64,000 bases of DNA. It comes from Leptolyngbyaceae cyanobacterium (GTDB lineage Bacteria; Cyanobacteriota; Cyanobacteriia; Leptolyngbyales; Leptolyngbyaceae). The notes below the pieces were generated by a model. It ran no database searches. It was given only the letters and a program-made list of their open reading frames with translations, and was not told the DNA's origin. The stretch is from NCBI GenBank assembly GCA_041752515.1, contig JBGSWI010000009.1, forward strand, positions 27 to 64,026. The letters are read 5' to 3'. This document shows positions 9,378 through 17,483 of this stretch, piece after piece. The stretch's first letter is position 1. Each line of letters opens with the position of its first letter. Position numbers and translations under genes: made by a program.

Positions 9378-9673
9378 CGATCAGTTTCCTTGCCTGTAAC
9401 AGGATCAATCTCAATATGCCCCAAGTCAATAGGTCTTTTGGGATGAACCCGAATCACTCGTCCTTGAGCATCATAGCTTTCGTACCAGGTGCGGATTGGT
9501 TTCCCCGTTGATGAATCGACTTCCACCACTAGCCGCGCCCCTGCTGTTCTTCCCGCACTTCTGGCTGGCTTATATTCGTCATAGTAGCGAATTCGCCCAT
9601 TTTGCAACACCCTAAAGCGATCGTAAGCCGCAACCCTGCGATCGTGTTCGGGAACCCAAGACAAATCAATCAC
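9371..9673 (-). CDS. putative stand-alone polymorphic-toxin-type ribonuclease (CdiA-CT/Rhs tip-like, BECR tRNase-like)
   Basis: GRIRYY...PARSAGRTAG...EVD..TG..RTWYESYDAQGRVIRVHPK pattern resembles CdiA/Rhs C-terminal tRNase domains; GTG start 15 nt after the NACHT stop. Confidence 0.65.
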   Translation of the reverse strand: MIDLSWVPEHDRRVAAYDRFRVLQNGRIRYYDEYKPARSAGRTAGARLVVEVDSSTGKPIRTWYESYDAQGRVIRVHPKRPIDLGHIEIDPVTGKETDRW

Positions 9674-9688
9674 ACGCTCAATTTAACT

Positions 9689-12600
9689 CTATTCAGAGCA
9701 TTCCCCCTCCAGCGCTGGCAATTCATACTTCACTCCCACCTGATCACCCTGAATTGTTGGCTCAATGTTTATATTTCCAACAGTCTCAGCGTTCAAATTT
9801 TCTAAGGACTCAATGATGTAAGTAGTATGAGCAGCCTGACTTTCTTCCCTTTTTCCTCTTCCCTTTGCCCTTTTGATTTCCTCCACCGCCGCCTGAGCAA
9901 TTTCGTAATTGTAGAATCCACAAAATCCCTGGATTTCAGAAATTGATTCAAAAATAGAATATTGAGGTGACGTTCTCTGAAGTTTATCTAAGTAAGGAAG
10001 AGAAATAGGTAATCTGATTTTGCCTAAAGCGCGAATTGTATCTTTTTGAACATAAGTGTCTGAGTCGCTTAAGACAGTTAGAAGTTTAGAAGCTACATAA
10101 TTGGTCTTTATTTTTTCTAATCCACGAATAGCACCTCTTCTGACAAATGGTACAGAATCCTTTAAAGCTTCAATTAACTTTTCAGTTAAAACTTCGCTGT
10201 TGATTTCTCCTAATGCATCAACAGCATAAGTTCGCACTATATCATCGTCATCTTGTAATGCAATCAAAAGCTCCTCAATATAAAAATCCCTTGCAAAATC
10301 ATTAAATTGTAAGGCAACAAAAATATTCCTACGAACTTCAAGATCTCGATGTTTAAACGCAGCTAATATACTTTGCTCATCTTTTTCAGAGATAATTCTC
10401 CCCAAAGCATAAGCTGAATTAGTTCGTACCAGTTGATGTTCATCTTTCAAAGCAGAAAGCAGTATAGAAATTGAAGTTTTAAGGCGAAGTGATAATAGTG
10501 CTTCAGCAGCCATAGACCGCACAAAAGGATGTTCATCCTGCATCATGATTGTAAAGTTAAAATCTGAGAAGTTCAATTTTCCTAAAGCGGAAACAGCATA
10601 ACCACGTACTGAAAAACAGTGATTACTTAATAATGTTTTCAATTTTGGAATTGCTGCTTTACAACCAATCCTTCCTGAAGCAAATGCTGCATTCGCCCTA
10701 ATCAAGCAAAACTCATGCTCCAAGCCTGAGAGAATCTGAAGTGAAATTTCATCGGACTTATTATCTTTTAATAGTTCGCAAGCTGCACTAATTAAATACT
10801 TATCTCTACTTTTTAAAAGTGTAGATAGAAAAGGTATGATTTGATTAGCATCAATTTCACCTAAAGCACGAATAGCACTCAGATTCACCCAAGATTCCTC
10901 ATCTTCAAGAGCTTTAACTAGCCCAGATATGGCTTTCTTGCTACCAATTTTTCCTAGAGCAGAAGCACACTTATTCCGTACTAAGGAGCTTGCATCATTC
11001 GCTAAGGTTTCTAACAGTGATTCAACTGCGACTTCAGCAACTAAGTCGCCTAACTTAGAAGCAGCCTTTCGACGAATATCTGGACATTGGTGTTTTAGAG
11101 ATTCTAATAACTCTTTAATTGACTTCTTGCTAGGAAGTTGTCCTAGGCTATCAATAGTAGTCAAACAAACTAAAATATTTTCACAATATAAGTACGGTAC
11201 AATAGCAGAAACTACAGCATCTGAACCAATCAAACCAAATGCGTAAGACAGAGTATATCGTGTATCGAATTCATCCTTGGTTAAAGAGTTTTCATTCAAA
11301 AATTTTAATAAGTAAGGGATAGCAAAATCTGATTGAGTCTGACCTAGCAGATTGATTTCAAGTATTTGTGGAATTTGACTTCCCAGGTTTAATTTAATTG
11401 CTTTCTCTTGGAATGGTGGCTTTACTCTGCCAGATAGTTTTGCACCTAGCATTAAATCCACTTCAAAAGCTATTCCTATAAAGTGAATTGTCTGAGCTTC
11501 CCTACTGATTAAACCCAGCATGAAAGCGATCGCTTCTGTCCATTTCAAATAATTCAAATAATGTTGCTTCAGTTCGCGATCGCTGAGTGTGGGAAGCAAC
11601 GTTAATAGTTTTTCGGCGGCGTAATATTCCTGAAACAGTTGGTGCAGGAACTCGATGTGGTCAAGATCTTTAACAACCAAAAGCTTGAATCTCAATAGGT
11701 CTTCCAGCCATGCTTTGGCATTTTGAGCCGGAGCTTCAACGCGACCTGTGAGGTAATCTTCTAAAATTTTTTCGGCTTTCGTTTTGGAGATAATTAACCA
11801 GGAAGGAGTTGGTTTGCAGGGATCAGTGTGAGGATCTCCCTGAATCATGGTGAAGGCGAGATGCTGGAACAATTCAGCGGTGAATCGGCGGGAGTCGCCT
11901 GAAATGGGTAAGGTGTGGGACGGTTTGAACTCTTCGTAGCGTCGAGCAAACTCTTTTTGAAACAATTCACCCCGATTTTGCGGTAGTTGTCCATCGGGGC
12001 TATCTTGCACCACATCGCAAAGAATTTTCAGGAGCAAGGGCGTTTCTGCTAGTTCTCGCAAGCGGTCTTTAAGTTGACGCAATAGGCTCTCTGCTCGTCC
12101 AGGCAATCGATTTTCAATAAACTGCTGCATCTGTGGTTCCGTAAGCGGCAGCATTTCCAGCTTTTTCTCAATGCCCAAATCTGATCCGGCTCCCAATTCC
12201 CGTGTGGTGAAGATCCGGGGATTGGTGCAAAAGTCGCGATCGCGTTGAAATTCATCCAAGGCTGACCAGGCAACACTGGTAGGCAACTCATTCAAGCCAT
12301 CGAATAAGAGCAAAAGCCGTCCGGCAAACAGCAACTCTTCGATCGCCGTCTCATCCCGCGTCACTTTTCGCAGTGACCTCTGAATCCAGTTCACAACCGA
12401 ACCATCCCGGCGATCGCGCAACTCCATCAAAACAGGAATAGTGAAATCTGCTTGTCCCTTCTCAATAGCTGCTAAAGCCTTTTGTGCTTCTTCCCAGTGC
12501 AATCGTTGTAAGGCGGTCGATTTGCCGGAGCCGGGTTTGCCAATTATCAAAACGTGGTCAGGTGCAAACGTCTGCAATCCATCCAACACCTCAAAGCGTT

Positions 12601-12766
12601 CTGCTTTTTCTTGCCGATGCTGGGTTGGATCTTGCGATTGGCGAGAGGGGACTGTTTGCACCTTTAAGGGCAACTCGGCTTCTGTAGGCGTATAGCGATC
12701 GCCCCAATCTTGAGAATTAGAGTGAGGCAGTGATCGCAAATAATCCCGAAAATTCAGTTCAGCCAT
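9689..12766 (-). CDS. NACHT/STAND NTPase with C-terminal HEAT repeats (NLR-like)
   Basis: Walker A GKPGSGKST, Walker B LLLFDGLNE, TPLLL, FLHQLFQEYYAA; many LxDxxxxVRxxAxxALG HEAT units; no recognisable N-terminal effector. Confidence 0.92.
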   Translation of the reverse strand: MAELNFRDYLRSLPHSNSQDWGDRYTPTEAELPLKVQTVPSRQSQDPTQHRQEKAERFEVLDGLQTFAPDHVLIIGKPGSGKSTALQRLHWEEAQKALAAIEKGQADFTIPVLMELRDRRDGSVVNWIQRSLRKVTRDETAIEELLFAGRLLLLFDGLNELPTSVAWSALDEFQRDRDFCTNPRIFTTRELGAGSDLGIEKKLEMLPLTEPQMQQFIENRLPGRAESLLRQLKDRLRELAETPLLLKILCDVVQDSPDGQLPQNRGELFQKEFARRYEEFKPSHTLPISGDSRRFTAELFQHLAFTMIQGDPHTDPCKPTPSWLIISKTKAEKILEDYLTGRVEAPAQNAKAWLEDLLRFKLLVVKDLDHIEFLHQLFQEYYAAEKLLTLLPTLSDRELKQHYLNYLKWTEAIAFMLGLISREAQTIHFIGIAFEVDLMLGAKLSGRVKPPFQEKAIKLNLGSQIPQILEINLLGQTQSDFAIPYLLKFLNENSLTKDEFDTRYTLSYAFGLIGSDAVVSAIVPYLYCENILVCLTTIDSLGQLPSKKSIKELLESLKHQCPDIRRKAASKLGDLVAEVAVESLLETLANDASSLVRNKCASALGKIGSKKAISGLVKALEDEESWVNLSAIRALGEIDANQIIPFLSTLLKSRDKYLISAACELLKDNKSDEISLQILSGLEHEFCLIRANAAFASGRIGCKAAIPKLKTLLSNHCFSVRGYAVSALGKLNFSDFNFTIMMQDEHPFVRSMAAEALLSLRLKTSISILLSALKDEHQLVRTNSAYALGRIISEKDEQSILAAFKHRDLEVRRNIFVALQFNDFARDFYIEELLIALQDDDDIVRTYAVDALGEINSEVLTEKLIEALKDSVPFVRRGAIRGLEKIKTNYVASKLLTVLSDSDTYVQKDTIRALGKIRLPISLPYLDKLQRTSPQYSIFESISEIQGFCGFYNYEIAQAAVEEIKRAKGRGKREESQAAHTTYIIESLENLNAETVGNINIEPTIQGDQVGVKYELPALEGECSE

Positions 12767-12891
12767 CAAAACTTTTGCAAGGGTGTTGTTTCGATGATAG
12801 GCGATCGCGCTTTTTAGCTATGCTTCCAAAACCTTCTGATCATGGGAACGAATTTGACTACCATAGATGAGGGTTTACCGAGGCAATCATC

Positions 12892-13263
12892 ATGACCGAA
12901 TCAAAGAACGTGTTGGGCGAACCGCTAGAACTCTGCTGCACCTCGCCGATGACGGGCTATTACCGCGATGGCTACTGCACCACCGGCGACGGCGATGTGG
13001 GTATACACGTGGTTTGCGCCCAAGTCACCGCCGAATTTCTGACGTACACCAAAGCACAGGGCAATGATTTATCAACGCCCATGCCTGCCTATGGCTTTCC
13101 CGGCTTGAAACCCGGCGATCGCTGGTGTTTATGTGCCTCTCGCTGGAAAGAAGCTATGGATGACGGAGTAGCGCCACCCGTTGTTCTGGCATCCACCCAT
13201 GCCGCCGCATTAAAATATGTGACCTTGGAAGAGTTGAAGCAACACACGAACGATAAATTTTGA
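12892..13263 (+). CDS. DUF2237 family protein
   Basis: NVLGEPLELC, TGYYRDGYC, FPGLKPGDRWCLCASRW. Confidence 0.92.
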   Translation: MTESKNVLGEPLELCCTSPMTGYYRDGYCTTGDGDVGIHVVCAQVTAEFLTYTKAQGNDLSTPMPAYGFPGLKPGDRWCLCASRWKEAMDDGVAPPVVLASTHAAALKYVTLEELKQHTNDKF

Positions 13264-13300
13264 AGCACCTTACCAATGACGCGCGCCACTTGCAGGGTGA

Positions 13301-14953
13301 CTACCGAAGTCGCCCTGACCGCAAGATGCTGATGATCAGCCAAAAGCCGAGGAAACTGGCAGAGAAAAATAAAGTGCTGCTGATCCAAAAGAGTTGCCCA
13401 GTGCGATCGTTGGCGAGAATTAGCGCTGCGCCCATGATCATTGATCCCACGACAATGCTGAAAGACAGGCGGTTGGCAGAATCATCAATGCTGCGGCGGA
13501 GCAAGTCTAGATCTCGCAGATCGACTTTCCATTGGAGGGTTTCGGAAGTGACGCGATCAAGCAGCATTTCAATTTGGCGAGGAGATTGCAAGCCCAAACT
13601 TTTTAAGTCCAACGCGGTTCGCAATAAAGCCTGCATGGGCGCTTCTCCCACAATCTGCCGCCGAAACAAGTCGGTCATTAAGGGTTTAATTTGCTCAGTC
13701 AGGTTGAATTCTGGATCTAAGGTGCGGGCAACCCCTTCTAAATTTGCCAGAGTTTTTGCATAAAGCCCCATGTTGCCGGGAACGCGCAGATTATTAGACC
13801 GGGCGCGCTGAAGAATCTCATAAAATAGCTGACTGAAATTAACTTGGCTCAAGTTGAGATTGTAGTATCGGCGCAACAGGCGATCGTAGTCGGCTTCTAG
13901 CCGTGCCATGTTGACGGGTTCAATCGGTTCTGCCAATTGGAGGGTGAGTTGGGCGCAGCGCTGGGCATCCAGGTTGACGATCGCCAGCATCATTTCGGTC
14001 AGGGCTTGCTGGGTAAGCGGATCGAGTCGCCCGACCATGCCGCAGTCTAATAGAGCCAGCCGTCCATCGTTGAGGTAAAACAAGTTGCCAGGGTGAGGAT
14101 CGGCATGAAAAAAGCCATCGATGTAGATTTGCTGAAAAAAGGCGCGAATCAGCAGATTGACGATCGCCCGTTCTTCTGCTTTGCGATCGCCGTCATGCCC
14201 TACACCTTGAAAATCTCCATTCAGCAGCGGCACTCCATCGAGCCATTCCATCACCAACAGTTTTTCCGTAGTCAAATCCCAGTTGATTTCAGGCACCACC
14301 AGGCGATCGCTGTCAAACCAACGACTGCCTGCCAGATTGCGCCGCAGTAGATCGGTACACTCTGCCTCTTGGGAAAAATTCAATTCACCCCGTAGCGCCG
14401 TAGCAAACTCATTTGCCAGTGCCTTTAAATCGTAGTACTGCCCCACTTTGGTGAGGGAGGCGAGTTCTGCCAAACTGCGAATCAGTGTAATGTCTTGCTC
14501 GATGGTGATATCGATGCCGGGACGCTGCACCTTGAGGGCAACTTCACGCCCGCCTATTAGGGTGGCGCGATGAGTTTGGGCGATCGAGCCAGCCGCAACG
14601 GGTTCAAAGCTTATTTTGGCAAACACCTTGTCTAGAGGTTCTCGCACTTCCTGCCGCAGCAGCACTTCAATTTCTTGCCACGCGACCGGAGGAACATCGG
14701 CTTGAAGCGCAGTCAGTTCTTTTAAATATTCGGGAGGAAGTAAATCGGGGCGAGTACTCAGCAGTTGCCCTAGTTTGACGTAGACCGGACCCAGTTCTGT
14801 CAAAATATTTCGCAATACGGCAGGGGGCGGTAGCTGAGGTTCTTCGGCTTTGGTGCCCGACAACAGCCGCCGCATATAGCCCCAGCCATTGCGGAGAACC
14901 ACTTCAGCAATATCTCGTTGGCGAGAACTGGTTTTGGCAAGACGTAGAAACAT
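13301..14953 (-). CDS. ABC1/UbiB (AarF) family atypical kinase
   Basis: LGPVYVKLGQLLSTRPDLLP, AAGSIAQTH, VALKVQRP, FFHADPHPGN, LDCGMVG. Confidence 0.95.
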   Translation of the reverse strand: MFLRLAKTSSRQRDIAEVVLRNGWGYMRRLLSGTKAEEPQLPPPAVLRNILTELGPVYVKLGQLLSTRPDLLPPEYLKELTALQADVPPVAWQEIEVLLRQEVREPLDKVFAKISFEPVAAGSIAQTHRATLIGGREVALKVQRPGIDITIEQDITLIRSLAELASLTKVGQYYDLKALANEFATALRGELNFSQEAECTDLLRRNLAGSRWFDSDRLVVPEINWDLTTEKLLVMEWLDGVPLLNGDFQGVGHDGDRKAEERAIVNLLIRAFFQQIYIDGFFHADPHPGNLFYLNDGRLALLDCGMVGRLDPLTQQALTEMMLAIVNLDAQRCAQLTLQLAEPIEPVNMARLEADYDRLLRRYYNLNLSQVNFSQLFYEILQRARSNNLRVPGNMGLYAKTLANLEGVARTLDPEFNLTEQIKPLMTDLFRRQIVGEAPMQALLRTALDLKSLGLQSPRQIEMLLDRVTSETLQWKVDLRDLDLLRRSIDDSANRLSFSIVVGSMIMGAALILANDRTGQLFWISSTLFFSASFLGFWLIISILRSGRLR

Positions 14954-15038
14954 GAGCAGAGCTAGGGTTGAAGAACTAGAGCTTTGATGGGCAACCCTTC
15001 AACACTAGCAAGGATTAATCATTGTTGGGAACTCGCTC

Positions 15039-15881
15039 CTAATACAATGCCGACATCAGTTTCTTACGGTACTCTTGGGTTAAAAGATGGTCATCGCCCA
15101 GCAGATCAAACACAGTCAGCATGGCTTTCCGGGCACCGTCGTTTCGATAAGTTCGATTCGTCGAACGATCCTCAGAGGCATCGCACTCAAGCAGTTTCAT
15201 TAGGGTGTCGAGGGCGGCTTGATGGTCATCGGCTAACACCTGATGGGCTGCCGTTTGAAATGCGCGATCGCGATCGTCTAGGGTTTCAGGTTCCGTGGCG
15301 ACTCGCTTAAAAAAGATCAGCGCTTTTAGCAGTTTTATTTGAGAGGCATATTCTTTTTCGTGTTCAATCACTGCTAAAAGAGTTTGTGCCCGTTCTAGTT
15401 GATTGGTTTCGATATAAAAGTTGGTGGCTTCTAAAATGACTCCACGATTGTTAGAGTGTTGTTCTAATAAGGTATTCAACAAAGATTCGGCAGTGCTAAG
15501 TTGATTCATTGCGGCTGCGTTATACACTTCTTGCATAGATGCATCTAGTGTAGAAGTGATGTTTAACTGTGCTATTAGCTGCCGCAATTCAGCTTCAGGG
15601 AGCGCACCTACAAAGCCATCATTCACAATGCCATCCACTACAATTCGGACATCGGGTACACCCTGCACTCCATAGGTTTGTGCCAAGTCAGGGTTTTCAT
15701 CAATATCTACTTTTGCCAGAACAAAATCATACTCTTGAACCAGTTTTTCTAACATGGGCTTGAGCAGTTGGCAAGGACCGCACCACTGAGCGAAAAAATC
15801 AACCATCACAATCTGCTCGTTGGATTTCTCCAACACTTCAGTGGCAAAGTTTTCGCTGTTGACGACAATTGAAGAACCCAT
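15039..15881 (-). CDS. thioredoxin-TPR co-chaperone (YbbN/CnoX-like)
   Basis: WCGPC thioredoxin domain followed by a helical region ending YRKKLMSALY; start set at ATG 15881. Confidence 0.9.
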   Translation of the reverse strand: MGSSIVVNSENFATEVLEKSNEQIVMVDFFAQWCGPCQLLKPMLEKLVQEYDFVLAKVDIDENPDLAQTYGVQGVPDVRIVVDGIVNDGFVGALPEAELRQLIAQLNITSTLDASMQEVYNAAAMNQLSTAESLLNTLLEQHSNNRGVILEATNFYIETNQLERAQTLLAVIEHEKEYASQIKLLKALIFFKRVATEPETLDDRDRAFQTAAHQVLADDHQAALDTLMKLLECDASEDRSTNRTYRNDGARKAMLTVFDLLGDDHLLTQEYRKKLMSALY

Positions 15882-15933
15882 AGTAATCAAATCTCATGCA
15901 AACGTGTTTTGGATTGAGTTTTTTTGAAGTGAA

Positions 15934-16236
15934 TTATTCATTTTTGGGAATGGCACGATGATCGGCGATCGCTTGCCGAAAACCCAACACCACCAAAATA
16001 TTGGACAAGGTGAGAAAAGATTCTGCGCCGCCATGCAGCCAGTCTACGTTTGCCAACTCCTGACCATAGGCAACTTTGGCATAAATTCCAGCGGGAATGG
16101 TGACCGCAACAAACACCAACAGCAAATAAAACCCAATCAGCGCCAATCGCGGGGTTTGCTTTGAGCGGGTGAGAAACCACAAAAATCCTAGGTAGGGAAA
16201 CAGCGATAGGGCAAACAAGCTCTCTTTGGATGGCAT
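15934..16236 (-). CDS. DUF3593 family membrane protein
   Basis: LFALSLFPYLGFLWFL...LANVDWLHGGAESFLTLSNIL. Confidence 0.85.
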   Translation of the reverse strand: MPSKESLFALSLFPYLGFLWFLTRSKQTPRLALIGFYLLLVFVAVTIPAGIYAKVAYGQELANVDWLHGGAESFLTLSNILVVLGFRQAIADHRAIPKNE

Positions 16237-16372
16237 GGACGATTCGTGAAACGACTCCTACGGGAATCGCGCGAGGGACGTTTTTCCTATTGTAATTGAC
16301 GATGAGAGTTCTCTAGTAATCATGAGGTGGGACGATGTAGGGTATATGGACATAGAGTGGAAGGGCAAAATA

Positions 16373-17023
16373 ATGGAGGCGATCGAGCTATCAGGTGTCA
16401 AGCTAAAGTTGTTGGCAAAAAAGGCGATTTTCCTGAGTGATGCCCACAGCTTGTTAGTGTCAGATGTGCATTTGGGCAAATCGGAAACGTTTCAGGCTGC
16501 CGGGATTCCTATTTCCAACCAAGTGAATCAGTCAACTCTCCAGCGACTCCAAGGATTATGTGAAACATTTCATCCTAAAACATTGTTTATTTTGGGTGAT
16601 TTATTTCACTCTAAACTTGCATTAGTTGATGAAGTATTGGAGTGCTGGTTTCAGTTTTTAACGGCTACTCAGGTCGATGTAACGTTGATTCTAGGTAATC
16701 ACGATCGCGCTCTTATTCCAACTCTCAGTCAACTTTCAATTGAGTGTAGTGCAACACCTATTCAGGTTGAAAATGTGGTGCTAAGCCACGAGCCGAGTCC
16801 TCAACCCGGTTGCTTGAACATCTGTGGTCACGTGCATCCCTGTGTGCGATTGAAGAGCAAACTGGATAATTTGCGATTGCCCTGCTTTTATTTAGACCAG
16901 ACTCAAAATATGCTGATTTTGCCCTCTTTTGGAGAGTTTACAGGCGGCTATGAAATGCCGCTAACTCGTAACTCAATGGCTTATGTAGTCGCTGGCGATC
17001 GCGTCATTGCCATCCACGGCTAA
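16373..17023 (+). CDS. pdeM: ligase-associated DNA damage response endonuclease PdeM (metallophosphoesterase)
   Basis: SDVHLGK, LGDLFH, GNHD, SHEP, GHVHP, LPSFGEFTGG. Confidence 0.88.
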   Translation: MEAIELSGVKLKLLAKKAIFLSDAHSLLVSDVHLGKSETFQAAGIPISNQVNQSTLQRLQGLCETFHPKTLFILGDLFHSKLALVDEVLECWFQFLTATQVDVTLILGNHDRALIPTLSQLSIECSATPIQVENVVLSHEPSPQPGCLNICGHVHPCVRLKSKLDNLRLPCFYLDQTQNMLILPSFGEFTGGYEMPLTRNSMAYVVAGDRVIAIHG

Positions 17024-17085
17024 GCCAAGTGAATCCAGTTTTATCGACGGTAGGGCGTACCACAGATGAGCTAGACCTGATCCCA

Positions 17086-17454
17086 TCAGTAGGGTACAGG
17101 GTAGATTCTTTGAACTGAATAAGTTTGCTGAATTAGGTCGGTTGGCAGAAAGTGCGATCGCAAGGGCGCAAAGAAATTCTTAACGGAGTTTGAGCAAGTG
17201 AAAGGGGAATAGTTGGATGAGTTCGCTGGATATAGGGGCACCGATCGCTCATAGGGCGTAGTGTCATAGCGAGGACGGTTCGAGGAATGAAAATTGGGAT
17301 AGATAATGATCGTGCTGCTTGGAGTGACATAAATCACGGGGGCTTGAGATCGATATTGGGGTTGATAGATAGATTCGCTCCGCCTGATTTGAAAGGTTTG
17401 CCCTAGAGTAGGGGGCAGATCAGTACCGCGATCGCGCTGCCGCCAAGCATCCAT
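17086..17454 (-). CDS. hypothetical protein
   Basis: 122-aa Pro/Tyr/Ser-rich ORF filling the gap downstream of the helicase; no family recognised. Confidence 0.4.
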   Translation of the reverse strand: MDAWRQRDRGTDLPPTLGQTFQIRRSESIYQPQYRSQAPVIYVTPSSTIIIYPNFHSSNRPRYDTTPYERSVPLYPANSSNYSPFTCSNSVKNFFAPLRSHFLPTDLIQQTYSVQRIYPVPY

Positions 17455-17483
17455 CTTTTCATCTGCAAACTCCTACTATTTGA

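Noticed and set aside
9674-9691. Stop-codon read-through fusing the NACHT protein to the toxin
   Set aside because: Same frame, but two stops (TAG and TAA) lie in the 15-nt gap, so single read-through is implausible.
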